Notes: generated by a model not told the origin, from the letters alone. 64,000 nt of DNA from an uncultured Gemmatimonadales bacterium (GCA_963779755.1 CAVZZO010000001.1:1312001-1376000), one strand, 5' to 3'; counted from the first letter of the stretch, positions 31,929-42,512 are shown. Numbers and translations are program-made.

Positions 31929-32693
31929 ATGATCCCCTACCGGGACGAGAATCCTACCCTCCGGACCCCGGTGGTGACGATCGGCGTCATCGCCGCCAAC
32001 GTGTTGATGTGGCTGGTGGTGCAGCAGATGGGCGCCGAACCTGCCCTGTCCCGCTCCATATGCGAGCTGGGGCTCATTCCCGGCAGCTTCCTGCAGCGAG
32101 TGCCCGCCGGCACCGCCGTGCGGATGAGCCGGAGCGCCGTCTGCGTGATCGGCGGCGGGAGCAGTTGGTACACCCCGCTCAGCTCCATGTTTCTGCACGG
32201 CAGCTGGCTGCACATCTTGGGCAACATGTGGTTTCTCTGGGTCTTCGGGAACAACGTCGAGGACTCCATGGGACGCGCCCGCTTCCTCGCCTTCTATCTC
32301 CTCTGCGGCCTGGCCGCCGCCACGGCCCAGATGCTGGTGGCTCCCGGCTCGACCATCCCGATGGTGGGGGCCTCCGGCGCCATCGGCGGAGTGATGGGCG
32401 CCTACATCGTGCTCTATCCCCGGGTGCGGGTGCACATACTGGTCTTCCTGGGATTCTGGGTGACGACCATCGTCGTGCCGGCGTTCGTGATGCTGGGATT
32501 CTGGTTCCTGCTCCAGCTGCTGAGCGGGCTGCCCTCGCTGGGGGCGCAGACCGGCGGCGTGGCCTTCTGGGCCCACGTGGGCGGATTCCTCGGCGGGGCG
32601 CTGCTGGTCCTGGTGTTCCGCCGGGAGGATCTGGTGGCGCAGCACCGGGCGCTCGCCCACACCTTCGGGCGGAGCCGGGTCCACCGATGGTGA
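31929..32693 (+). CDS. Rhomboid-family intramembrane serine protease
   Basis: MFLHGSWLHILGNM; VGASGAI; WAHVGGF. Confidence 0.93.
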   Translation: MIPYRDENPTLRTPVVTIGVIAANVLMWLVVQQMGAEPALSRSICELGLIPGSFLQRVPAGTAVRMSRSAVCVIGGGSSWYTPLSSMFLHGSWLHILGNMWFLWVFGNNVEDSMGRARFLAFYLLCGLAAATAQMLVAPGSTIPMVGASGAIGGVMGAYIVLYPRVRVHILVFLGFWVTTIVVPAFVMLGFWFLLQLLSGLPSLGAQTGGVAFWAHVGGFLGGALLVLVFRREDLVAQHRALAHTFGRSRVHRW

Positions 32694-32854
32694 GTCGGCA
32701 GGGTGCCGGGGCGAACTCGTGTCGCCGGCTCAGCCGCCGCAATCGAGGCGTGCCCCGGAGGTGCCGTCCCGCTTCGGTGATATCTTTCCATATTCACGAG
32801 GCAGGCGACGTTCCCCTCCTCCGCTTCTGCGGCGTCATCATGTGAGCCGTCGGT

Positions 32855-33844
32855 ATGGCTGAGACTGTCCACGACCGCGATACCCTGATCCCGGTGGCCG
32901 CCCGCAATCCGGGGATCCCGCTGGAGCTCGACTGGGTCCGCGACGTCCGGATCAACCGCAGCGCGGTCGAGCGGCGCGCCGCGACGCTGGGGCCGCGCCG
33001 CTCGGTCAAGCGCGAGTGGCAGGCGGCCTGGCTGCTGCGGGCCATCACCTGCATCGATCTCACCACCCTTCAGGGCGATGACACGCCGGGCCGGGTCCGC
33101 CGGCTCTGCGCCAAGGCGCGGCAACCGGTGCGCCTGGATCTGCTGCAGGCGCTGGGCGCGGAGCGGCTGCCCATCCGGGCTGCCGCGGTCTGCGTCTACC
33201 ACGCCTTCGTGGAGACGGCGGTGGAGGCGCTGCAGGGCTCGGGTATTCCGGTGGCCGCGGTTTCCACCGGCTTCCCCGCGGGGTTGTCGCCGGTGGCTCA
33301 GCGTCTGGCGGAGATCCGCGCATCGGTTGCGGCCGGCGCCGAAGAAATCGACGTGGTGATCACCCGGGCTCACGTGCTCACCGGGAACTGGCCGGCACTA
33401 TACGCCGAGGTCCGCAGCTTTCGCGATGCCTGCGGCGACACCCATATCAAGACCATCCTTGCCACCGGAGAGCTGGCCACGCTGCGCAACGTGGCCCGGG
33501 CCAGCCTGGTGTGCATGATGGCCGGCGCCGATTTCATCAAGACGTCCACCGGCAAGGAGCCGGTGAATGCCACCCTTCCGGTCGGCCTGGTCATGGCCCG
33601 GGCCATCCGCGCCTATCGCGAGCGCACCGGCTACCGCGTGGGGTTCAAGGCCGCCGGCGGGATCCGGACCGCCAGACAGGCGCTCCAGTGGCTGGCCCTG
33701 CTGAAAGACGAGCTGGGCGCTCCCTGGCTGCGGCCCGAGCTGTTCCGCTTCGGGGCCAGCTCGTTGCTCCTGGACATCGAACGCCAGCTGGAACATTTCG
33801 CCACCGGGCGCTACTCGGCGGCCTATCGGCATCCGATGGCGTGA
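32855..33844 (+). CDS. deoC: Deoxyribose-phosphate aldolase (long type)
   Basis: IDLTTL; GFPAG; EIDVVI; GADFIKTSTGK; FKAAGGIR; RFGASSLL. Confidence 0.95.
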   Translation: MAETVHDRDTLIPVAARNPGIPLELDWVRDVRINRSAVERRAATLGPRRSVKREWQAAWLLRAITCIDLTTLQGDDTPGRVRRLCAKARQPVRLDLLQALGAERLPIRAAAVCVYHAFVETAVEALQGSGIPVAAVSTGFPAGLSPVAQRLAEIRASVAAGAEEIDVVITRAHVLTGNWPALYAEVRSFRDACGDTHIKTILATGELATLRNVARASLVCMMAGADFIKTSTGKEPVNATLPVGLVMARAIRAYRERTGYRVGFKAAGGIRTARQALQWLALLKDELGAPWLRPELFRFGASSLLLDIERQLEHFATGRYSAAYRHPMA

Positions 33845-33847
33845 CCA

Positions 33848-33938
33848 CAGGGATCGGGGACCAGGGATCGGGAGTCAGGGCCCCTGATTCCTGATTCCTG
33901 ATCCCTGGTCCCTGATCCCTGAATCCCCGATTCCCGGT
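33848..33938. repeat. Inverted heptamer tandem repeat (CAGGGAT-like)n (CCCTGAT-like)n
   Basis: About 5 forward units directly abutting about 8 reverse units; fills almost the whole deoC-ALDH gap. Confidence 0.85.
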
Positions 33939-33944
33939 CTCTCT

Positions 33945-36325
33945 ATGGCCAGCATCCCCGAGATCTTCGAATCCCTCGACTACGGTCCCGCTCCCGAGTC
34001 GGCCGGCCCCGCCGTCGGCTGGCTGGAAAAGCACCAACGCCGGTTCGGGCTCTTCATCAACGGCGAGTGGGTGCAGTCCGGAGAGAGCTTTCCAACCGTG
34101 AATCCGGCTACCGGCGAGAGGCTGGCGGAGATCGCCCAGGCGGGGGAGCGGGAGGTCGAGCAGGCGGTGGCCGCGGCCGCGGCTGTGCAGCCGGCCTGGT
34201 GGAAACTCGGCGGCCACGGCAGGGCGCGCCATCTCTACGCCCTCGCCCGCCAGGTCCAGAAACACTCCCGGCTCTTTGCCGTGCTGGAATCGCTGGACAA
34301 CGGCAAGCCCATCCGGGAGTCGCGCGATATCGACATCCCGCTGGTGGCGCGCCACTTCTATCATCACGCCGGATGGGCGCAGCTCATGGCCACCGAGCTG
34401 CCGGGCGAGGTGCCGGTGGGGGTGGTGGGGCAGATTATCCCCTGGAACTTCCCGCTGCTGATGCTGAGCTGGAAGATCGCGCCGGCGCTCGCCATGGGGA
34501 ACACGGTGGTACTGAAGCCCGCCGAGTTCACCCCGCTGACCGCGCTGCTCTTTGCCGATCTCTGCCGGGAGGCGGGGCTGCCGCCCGGGGTGGTAAACAT
34601 CATCACCGGCGATGGCCGCACCGGCGAGCTGCTGGTGCGCCACCCCGGCGTGGCCAAGATCGCCTTTACCGGCAGCACCGAGGTCGGCCGGCTCATCCGG
34701 ACCGCCACGGCCGGCAGCGGCAAGCGGTTGTCGCTGGAACTGGGCGGCAAGTCGCCGTTCATGGTCTACGAAGACGCCGACCTCGACAGCGTCGTGGAAG
34801 GCGTGGTGGACGCGATCTGGTTCAACCAGGGGCAGGTCTGCTGCGCCGGGTCCCGTATTCTGGCGCAGGAGGGCGTGGCCGACGCTCTGGTATCGAAGCT
34901 GCGCGCCCGCATGGAATCCTTGCGCGTCGGCTCGCCGCTCGACAAGGCTGTGGATATCGGCGCCATCGTGGCGCCGGTGCAGCTGGAACGCATTCAGACC
35001 CTGGTGCGGCGCGGAGAGGAAGAGGGTGCCACCTGCTGGCAACCGTCCTGGGCCTGTCCCGAGGAGGGACTGTTCTACCCGCCCACCCTGTTTACCGATG
35101 TTGCTCCCTCGGCCACCATCGCCCAGGAGGAGATCTTCGGGCCGGTGGTGGTGCTCATGACCTTCCGCACGCCCGACGAATCGGTGGAGCTGGCCAACAA
35201 CACACGCTACGGCCTGGCCGCCAGCCTCTGGACCGAGAACATCAACCTGGCGCTCGATATCGCTCCCCGGGTGAAGGCGGGTACGGTCTGGATCAACTGC
35301 ACCAACGTGTTCGATGCCGCCTCCGGCTTCGGCGGCTACCGGGAGAGCGGGTTCGGCCGCGAGGGCGGGAAGGAAGGCTTGTGGGAATACGTCCGGCCCA
35401 CATGGGAATCCCAGGCCGGTGCGGAAGCACCGCCCGCCCCCCACCTGCCCGCCCGGCCGCCCGCCCGGTTGCGCTCCCTCCCATCGACCGCACCGCCAAG
35501 CTCTACATCGGCGGCAGGCAGGTGCGGCCCGACGGCGGCTACAGCGACCCGGTCCACGGCGCCGATGGCACGGTGCTGGGCGAGGTGGCCCGGGCCAACC
35601 GCAAGGACGTCCGCAACGCGGTGGAGGCAGCGCACCAGGCCGGCGGCTGGGCGCGCGCCACGGCGCACACCCGGGCGCAGATTCTCTACTATCTGGCCGA
35701 GAACCTCTCCGCCCGCTCGGAGGAATTCGTCCGCCGGGTGGCGGCGCTCACCGGTGAGCGCCGGGCCGCCGCGGCGCGCGAGGTGGCGCTCACGATCGAG
35801 CGGCTCTACACCTGGGCGGCCTGGGCGGACAAGTGGGACGGGGCGGTGCACCATACCCCGTTCCGCAATGTGACCCTTGCCATGCCGGAGCCGCTGGGGG
35901 TGCTGGGCATCGTCTGTCCGGCCGAGCGGCCGCTGCTGGGGCTGGTGGCCACCGTTGCTCCGGCCATCGCCATGGGCAATACCGTGGTCGCGGTGCCCTC
36001 GGAGGCGCTGCCGCTGGCCGCCACCGATTTCTATCAGGTCATCGATACTTCCGATGTCCCGCCCGGCGTGGTCAACCTGTTGACCGGGCCGGCCGACGAG
36101 CTGACCCGGGTGCTGGCCGCGCACGACGATGTAGACGGACTCTGGTACTTCGGGTCCTCCCGGGGGAGCGCCGAAGTCGAGCGCCTCTCGGCCGCCAACA
36201 TGAAACGGACCTGGGTGAGCTACGGCCGTGCGCGCGACTGGGCCGATCCCGTGCAGGGAGCCGGCCCGGAATTCCTGCGCCGGGCGACGCAGGTCAAGAA
36301 CATCTGGATTCCCTACGGCGAGTAG
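33945..36325 (+). CDS. Two-domain aldehyde dehydrogenase (ALDH16-like), frameshifted at ~35430-35470
   Basis: Frame A: IIPWNFPL, FTGSTEVG, LELGGKSP, GQVCCAG, EEIFGP. Frame B: IDRTAKLYIGG ... KNIWIPYGE. Confidence 0.85.
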
Positions 36326-36337
36326 CGGGCTGGTCTC

Positions 36338-37081
36338 TCAGCCGGCGGACCGCGGTGCCTGCAGGATCTGGGCAGCCATGCGCTGTCCCCCGATTCGGTA
36401 GGGCGAAACCACATGCGTCGCGCCCGCGCGGAGCAGCTTGGCCTCCGCGCTGCGGTGGCTGGCGCGGGCCACGATCGTGAGGCGGGGTTGCAGGGTGCGC
36501 GCCGTCAGGCTGATCACGATGTTGGTCGAGTCGTCGCCCGTGGCCGCGACCAGCCCTGCGGCGCGCTGGATGCCCGCGCGTTCCAGCGCATCCTCGCTCG
36601 ACGCATCGGCCTCGATGCAGAGCAGGCCCGGCTCCAGCGTGGCCAGGGGAGCCGGATCGGACTCGATGACCACCACCTCGGCCCCCTCGCCGCGGAGGTC
36701 CTCGACCACCTGCTGTCCCACCCGGCCATATCCGCAGACGATATAGTGGCCCGTCAGGACGTCGATCGCGTGCTGCATGCGGCGTATCCTCAGTGTTCCG
36801 GTGAGTTCCCCGCCGATCAGGTACTCTACCAGCGTGCTCAGCAGGAAGGCCATGGTGCCGACCCCGCCCAGGATAAGCGCAATGGTAAAGACCCGCCCGG
36901 CGGACGAGAGCGTGTGGACCTCGCCGAACCCGACGGTGGTCAGGGTGATCACCGTCATGTAGAGCGCGTCCAGCGCCGAATAGCCCTCCAGCACCACATA
37001 GCCGGCCGTGCCCACCAGAGCAAAGGCGAGCAGGGCCAGGCCCAGCCGGATGAGCCGGAGGCGGAGGGTGCCCGAAGGCAT
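36338..37081 (-). CDS. Potassium channel with TrkA-N/RCK domain
   Basis: Selectivity filter TLTTVGFGE; CGYGRVG; ATG 37081. Confidence 0.9.
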   Translation of the reverse strand: MPSGTLRLRLIRLGLALLAFALVGTAGYVVLEGYSALDALYMTVITLTTVGFGEVHTLSSAGRVFTIALILGGVGTMAFLLSTLVEYLIGGELTGTLRIRRMQHAIDVLTGHYIVCGYGRVGQQVVEDLRGEGAEVVVIESDPAPLATLEPGLLCIEADASSEDALERAGIQRAAGLVAATGDDSTNIVISLTARTLQPRLTIVARASHRSAEAKLLRAGATHVVSPYRIGGQRMAAQILQAPRSAG

Positions 37082-37178
37082 GCGGGAGATCCTTCCAGTT
37101 GTCGGGGGACGCCGCGCGAAAACTATTGCGGATGGGTGGGCGGGGAAAGGAGTGACGCCGGGTCGGGGCTCCGGTTCC

Positions 37179-39236
37179 TCAGAGCAGCAGGTCGCCGCGG
37201 ATCCGGCTCCGCAGCGCGTACCATGCGGCGCCCGCCAGCGTGCTCCGCCGCAGGACCAGCCTCGCTTCACCGGTAAAGCCCGGGCGCCATGCGGCCCCCG
37301 AGGGAAGCGCGATTCGCACTTCGACCGGCCCGGGGCCTGCGTCGGCGCCGGCGGCCGCCACGCTGGTCACGGTGCCGGTACCGGCCCCGGCCGCTGCGGC
37401 AAAGGGCAGCAGACGCACCGGCTGACCCGGATGAGCCAGGCTGCCGGCATCGCGATCCAGGAGTAGCCGCGCTTCGCGCGGACCTTCGGCCAGGAGCAGG
37501 GCCAGGGTGTCTCCCGGCCGCAATCCTTCGCCCAGTCGTTCCTCCAGGCGCGGGGTGGCGATCACGCCGCTTGCGGGGGCCCGCAGCTCGAGCTGCGCCA
37601 TCCGCTCCCGCAGCCCGGTGAGTCGCGCGCGGGTCTGGTCCCCTTCCGCCTCGAGCCGTCCGGTCAGGCCCGCCGACCGCGCGGCCCGCGCGCGATACGC
37701 CAACAGAGCCAGCGAGTCGGCCTCGCGCTGTGCCTCGGCGGCTTCCCGCTGCAGCGGCGTACTGGCCATCCGGGCGACGAGGGCGCCGGCAGAGACACGG
37801 TTGCCCTCGCGGGCGAACACCTGGGCAACGGTGCCCCCTTCACCCGCCACCAGGGCGATGGTGAGCGGCGGCTCCACCGTGAAGCGGCCCCGCACCGTGA
37901 CCGGCCAGGGCAGCAGGGCCAGGAGGAACAACCCCAGGGCGCTTCCCAGTATCCAGCGGCTGCGCAGGCGGGCGCGCCAGGTGTGCCGGTGTTCCCGCAC
38001 CGAGGTGCGCAGCGCCCGGGCCGCCGAGCGCAGCTTTCCCCGGGCCATGGCCCAGACCAGCAGCAGGAAGCCGGCGACGCCCAGGAGCCCGAGCGTGCGG
38101 CTGGCCCAACCCAGCACGCCACCCCCGATCAGGTAGAAGAGAAAGCCGATGTACAGCGAGGCGAGCAGGGCATAGATCAGGAAGATCCGCCGTTCGCGCG
38201 GCGTGGCCGCCGGCTCCGGGGCCTGCAGACGCAACAGGTAATGCCTGGCGGCCCAGGACAGATAGCCGAAGGCGCGTTGCCGCAGGTTGGGGATTTCCAG
38301 ATAGTCGCTCAGCGCGTAGTAGCCGTCGAGCGGAATGAGCGGGTTGGCGTTAGCCAGGACGGTCGTGACGCCGCCGATCAGCACGGCGGTGAGGGCGATC
38401 TGCGCGATGAGCGTACCGGGAGCCGCCAGCCACCACACGATGGCCGCGAGCCCCGCCAGCACCAGCTGGATCCAGGAACCGGCCACCGTCACCCAGAGGC
38501 GCGCGCGTAGATCGGGGAAGGTCCAGGCGTCGTTCACGTTGCAGTAGAACGCCGGCTCGAAGTACACCAGCATGGCGCCCATCTCGTGGACCTGCCCGCC
38601 GAAGTGCTTGCAGGCAAAGGCGTGGCCCAGCTCATGAATGGCGATGATCCCGATGCCGGTGGCGTAGAACATCAGGATGAACCCGGCCGTGTACTGGCTG
38701 GGACTGTAGATCCGCGCCACCGCGGCGCTGAAGTCGGGCCAGCGCGCCAGGCACACGGCGAGGTAGATGGCGAACAGCACCAGCGAGAGGCCGATGAACG
38801 CCGGCGTAAAGAAGAACCGCAGCCGCGGCATCCAGCGTTCCAGCAGCTGATCGGGATCGCCCACCGACCAGCGCATCCGCAGCAGACTGCCGCGATACGA
38901 CGCCGGGTGCAGCCGCCGTCGCCGGTCGGCTCGCAGCCGCTCGAGCTGCAGCACCGAGCGCTCCTGCAGGCTCCGCGCGAGCAACCCCATGCGGTGCAGC
39001 CGGGCGGCGAACTTCTCCACCGCGGCGGCCGAGACGGGGATCTCCTGCTCGGCCAGCCCCGCCGCGATATCCTCCGCGGCACGCTGGCCGTCGAATTCCT
39101 GCATCACCAGCGCCTCCAGCACACCGAACCGGTAGTACTTGTGGTTCTCCGGGTCCTTGAGGATGTAGCTCCGCTCGCCCCGGTAGGTCTGTTCCACCAG
39201 AACCAGATCGTCGCGGAGGCGCGGCGCGCGGGTCAC
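37179..39236 (-). CDS. Fusion protein: PqqD/RRE-like N-domain, M50 (site-2-type) intramembrane metallopeptidase, HlyD-like C-domain
   Basis: GTG 39236; N-terminal beta-strands then helices ending LHRMGLL; HELGH; NPLIPLDGYY; several TM segments; coiled coil plus LELRAPASGVI. Confidence 0.85.
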   Translation of the reverse strand: MTRAPRLRDDLVLVEQTYRGERSYILKDPENHKYYRFGVLEALVMQEFDGQRAAEDIAAGLAEQEIPVSAAAVEKFAARLHRMGLLARSLQERSVLQLERLRADRRRRLHPASYRGSLLRMRWSVGDPDQLLERWMPRLRFFFTPAFIGLSLVLFAIYLAVCLARWPDFSAAVARIYSPSQYTAGFILMFYATGIGIIAIHELGHAFACKHFGGQVHEMGAMLVYFEPAFYCNVNDAWTFPDLRARLWVTVAGSWIQLVLAGLAAIVWWLAAPGTLIAQIALTAVLIGGVTTVLANANPLIPLDGYYALSDYLEIPNLRQRAFGYLSWAARHYLLRLQAPEPAATPRERRIFLIYALLASLYIGFLFYLIGGGVLGWASRTLGLLGVAGFLLLVWAMARGKLRSAARALRTSVREHRHTWRARLRSRWILGSALGLFLLALLPWPVTVRGRFTVEPPLTIALVAGEGGTVAQVFAREGNRVSAGALVARMASTPLQREAAEAQREADSLALLAYRARAARSAGLTGRLEAEGDQTRARLTGLRERMAQLELRAPASGVIATPRLEERLGEGLRPGDTLALLLAEGPREARLLLDRDAGSLAHPGQPVRLLPFAAAAGAGTGTVTSVAAAGADAGPGPVEVRIALPSGAAWRPGFTGEARLVLRRSTLAGAAWYALRSRIRGDLLL

Positions 39237-39237
39237 G

Positions 39238-40230
39238 TCAGGGCCGTGGCACCAGGCGTTCGCCGGCCGCCACCCCGCTGGCGATCTCCCGTCGTCCGTC
39301 GGGGAGGAGGGCGCCCAGCCGGACCGGCCGCATGGTTGTCCGGCCATTGTCCCATACCAGCACGTAGCTGCTATCCACCACGGCGCGGTCCGGTACGGCC
39401 ACCACCTGGCGGCGCTCGGCGCCCAGGCGCACTATCACCGCGGTGCCCACCCGGAAGCCGGGATGGGAGCCCACCTGCAGCACCACCTCGCGGGTGCCGC
39501 TGCCCGCGTCCACCGACGGCGAGGCCCGGATCACCCGGGCCGGTACGGTGCCCAGGCCCGCCGCGACGACCTGGGCCGCGCTGCCCACTTCCACCGTGCG
39601 TGCCGGGGCCTCCGGCACGCGCACCGAGACCAGCAGCGGAGTCGTGGCCGTGACCTGGAAGAGGGAATCGCCCGGGCTGACCAGCCGCCGGGGACGGGCC
39701 ATGCGCGCAGTGACGGCTCCCGCAAAGGGTGCCACGATGCGGGTGAGGTCGCGGTTGCGCTCTGCCTGGCGCAACGCGAGGGCGGCGTGCTGCACGGCGG
39801 TCGAGGCCAGTTCCGAGTCGGACGGGGCGACAAAGCCGGATTCCGCCAGCACCCGCTGGCGCTCCAGGATGCGGCCCGCATTCTCGAACGCCTCTTTCGC
39901 CTGGGCCACGGCAATATCCTGGTCCACGCTCTCCAGCCGGGCCAGCAGCTGGCCCTCCCGAACCCGGGCACCGAGATCCACATAGACCGATTCAATGATG
40001 CCCTCGGTCCGCGCGATGACCACCGCGTCGTGATCCACGTAGAGCTGCGCGGGCAGCTCCAGCGGCACGGCAACCGTCGCGGTCTCCGCCGCCACCAGTT
40101 GCACCTGCTCATCCCGGGATGGGGTGGCGGATGCCTCCCGCGGGGAGGGCGTCCCGTCGCAGGCAGGGAGCAGGGCGGCGCCGAGCAGGAGGGCCGCCGG
40201 CCCTGCACGGCGCAGGTGCGCGAATGTCAT
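39238..40230 (-). CDS. Periplasmic adaptor / membrane-fusion protein, lipoprotein
   Basis: LPAC lipobox; GARVREGQLLARL; IVAPFAGAV; ATGA overlap with upstream gene. Confidence 0.88.
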   Translation of the reverse strand: MTFAHLRRAGPAALLLGAALLPACDGTPSPREASATPSRDEQVQLVAAETATVAVPLELPAQLYVDHDAVVIARTEGIIESVYVDLGARVREGQLLARLESVDQDIAVAQAKEAFENAGRILERQRVLAESGFVAPSDSELASTAVQHAALALRQAERNRDLTRIVAPFAGAVTARMARPRRLVSPGDSLFQVTATTPLLVSVRVPEAPARTVEVGSAAQVVAAGLGTVPARVIRASPSVDAGSGTREVVLQVGSHPGFRVGTAVIVRLGAERRQVVAVPDRAVVDSSYVLVWDNGRTTMRPVRLGALLPDGRREIASGVAAGERLVPRP

Positions 40231-42167
40231 GGACGAACCCTCCACCAGAACAGCCGAAGCCAGCGGGCCGGTCCCCGAAGCAGCCGGCCGGCGGCGGACA
40301 TCGATCCGGTGAGGACCCGGGCGTGTGCCGCCATGCCGGGACGCAGCAGCCCCGCGGGGTTGGGGATCGCGGCCCGAACGGGAAACAGCACCTCCGGCAG
40401 GGTATCGAGCGGCAACACGCCGATCTGGGTGACCCGGCCGGTGAAGGTGTGCTGGGGCAGCGCGTCCACCCGCAGCCGGACCTCCTGGCCCGCCTGCACC
40501 CGGTCGAGGTCGCGCTGCTGGACCCCGAACTCCAGCAGGAGCGTGTCGGTCCGGCCCACGGTCACCACCGGATCGCCCGCGGCCAGCCGGAGGCCGATCC
40601 GTTCCTCCGGGCGGGCGGTCAGCACCAGGCCGGAGGACGGCGCACGCACGGTGCTGGCGGCGATCTGCTGGTCCAGCAGGGACACCTCCTGGTGCAGCCC
40701 GTCGGCCCGGCTCCGCTGCAGGCGCTCTTCCGCCGCATCGGCCCGGCTGGCTGCCAGCGCGGCCGCGCGGTCGGCCGCCAGCGCTTCACCCGCCCGCTCC
40801 TGCCGTTGCGCCTGCAGGTCGATATCCCGCAACTGCGCGAGCATCGTACCGCGGGCGACCCGCTCGCCCTCGCGCACGGCCACCTGCTCGATCACTCCGG
40901 GGACGGGGGTGCGCACGGGGAGCAGGGCGCTGGCGCGGAAGACGGGATGCGATCCGCCGACCCGCAGGGGCCACCGGATGAGCGTCGCGGCCGCGAGCAC
41001 CAGGACCGCGGCCGCCAGCCAGGCCTGCTTCCGTCGCCGCGGCAAGGCGAGGAATGCCCGCTTGCGCGCGGCCAGCGCTCCCCAGGTGTCGGCCATCGGC
41101 ACCTGATGGTAGAGCTGCGCGTTGCGCAGGGCGACCGTGGTCTGGTTGGCCAGGATTTCGGCCACCTCCCGCTGGGTCGCCTGCGCGAAGTCGGGGGCCC
41201 GCGCTTCGAAGAGCAGCACGCCGAGCAGCCCCTCCTCGTCCTTGAGCGGGAGGTAGAGCCCGCTGCGCAGCTCCTCCTCCGCCAGGTCGGACCCGAAGGC
41301 GCTGACGAACGCGGCATCGGTCTCGGAACCCGCCGCCTCGCGGTCGGGCAGATAGTACGCCTCGCCCCGTGTGCCGGCCCACATGGCGCGCTCCGCCAGG
41401 CGGCGTACCGGGGGCGACTTGGCGTCCACCGACTCCTGGCCCGCGATGGCCCGGACCTCCCAGCGGCGGTTGGCGAGCAGTACCACCGCCCCCCGATCGA
41501 ACACCAGGGCGCGGGCGGCGAGGTTGACGACCGACTGCAGCACCCGGTCGAGGTCCAGGGTCGCGGTGATTTCGTGGCTGATCTCCAGCAACAGCGCCAG
41601 ATCGCGGGCGCGGCGCTCGGCCGCATGCAGCTGCGCGTTGCGCAGGGCCACGGCCGCGCTGGCGGCCAGGCCCTCCAGCAGCTCACGGTCCTGCTGGTCG
41701 AAGATGCCGTCACCTCCGACCTTGTTGACCACCTGGATCGAGCCCACGGTGATGCCCTTGGCCACCATGGGAGTGGCCATGATCGTGGTGGCGATCATCT
41801 GGCTGGAACGGTCCACCCGCTGTTCGAACCGCGGGTCGCGCATGGCGTCGGTGACGATCGTGGTGCGCTGTTTCCGGGCCACATCGCCCACGAACCCGGC
41901 GCCCAGCGGCATGGCGGTGCCCACCAGTTTCCGGCTGGAGGCACCCAGCGCCAGGCGGCAGCGGAGTTCGTCGCCTTCCGCGATCCAGAGGGATCCCCCC
42001 TGGGCGCCGACCGCGCTCAGGACGGCGTCAAAGACCCGCGGGAGCAGGGCATCGAAATCGAGGGACGAATTGAAGTCCTGGCTGATACGGTGCAGGAGGC
42101 GCAGCCGCTCGACCTCCGCCCGCAGTTCCGCCTCTTCAAAGGCTGCGATCTCGGGCGGCTCGGTCAT
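40227..42167 (-). CDS. GAF-GAF-TM-HlyD fusion protein
   Basis: Two GAF repeats (SLDFDALL...ALRNAQL; TLDLDRVL...ALRNAQLY), one TM, EGERVARG and VRAPSSGLV adaptor motifs; AAAGGA RBS. Confidence 0.87.
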   Translation of the reverse strand: MTEPPEIAAFEEAELRAEVERLRLLHRISQDFNSSLDFDALLPRVFDAVLSAVGAQGGSLWIAEGDELRCRLALGASSRKLVGTAMPLGAGFVGDVARKQRTTIVTDAMRDPRFEQRVDRSSQMIATTIMATPMVAKGITVGSIQVVNKVGGDGIFDQQDRELLEGLAASAAVALRNAQLHAAERRARDLALLLEISHEITATLDLDRVLQSVVNLAARALVFDRGAVVLLANRRWEVRAIAGQESVDAKSPPVRRLAERAMWAGTRGEAYYLPDREAAGSETDAAFVSAFGSDLAEEELRSGLYLPLKDEEGLLGVLLFEARAPDFAQATQREVAEILANQTTVALRNAQLYHQVPMADTWGALAARKRAFLALPRRRKQAWLAAAVLVLAAATLIRWPLRVGGSHPVFRASALLPVRTPVPGVIEQVAVREGERVARGTMLAQLRDIDLQAQRQERAGEALAADRAAALAASRADAAEERLQRSRADGLHQEVSLLDQQIAASTVRAPSSGLVLTARPEERIGLRLAAGDPVVTVGRTDTLLLEFGVQQRDLDRVQAGQEVRLRVDALPQHTFTGRVTQIGVLPLDTLPEVLFPVRAAIPNPAGLLRPGMAAHARVLTGSMSAAGRLLRGPARWLRLFWWRVRP

Positions 42168-42230
42168 GGCCGGTCCTTTCGGCGCGACTGGTCAGGGGTG
42201 AACAGTCTCGATAGCGCCAGACATGGTCAG

Positions 42231-42512
42231 TCAGGGCCGCCTGGGCGGCCGCCCGGGCAACGGGACGGCAGGGTGCTCCCGTGTGAGGCGCAACCTGAGG
42301 CGCGACGCCCGGGGCGCCCCGCCCTGGCGATCCGGCCCGCGGCTAGCAGAGCGGGTGCAGAGCTCCCGCAGATCCGGCAGGCGGAACTCGAGGGCGGCTG
42401 CCTCGATAGACAGGATGTCACGAACCTGTCGCCGCTGCCGGGGCGTCAATCTCAGGCGGAATACGGGGGTGGAGCTTCTGGTCACAATGCTGCCTGGCTT
42501 CCCGATCGTCAA
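42231..42512 (-). CDS. Degenerate third paralogue of the ELEERIAP-leader peptides (alternative start GTG 42485)
   Basis: FRLRLTPRQRRQVRDILSIEAAALEFRLPDL aligns ungapped to the 42559-42726 peptide (15/31 identical by hand); lacks EERIAP. Confidence 0.5.
   Translation of the reverse strand: MTIGKPGSIVTRSSTPVFRLRLTPRQRRQVRDILSIEAAALEFRLPDLRELCTRSASRGPDRQGGAPRASRLRLRLTREHPAVPLPGRPPRRP

Noticed and set aside
36338..37081. K+ channel as part of the peptide export system
   Set aside because: Separated by ~97 bp with no coupling; a common stand-alone gene, and no evidence of linkage without synteny data.
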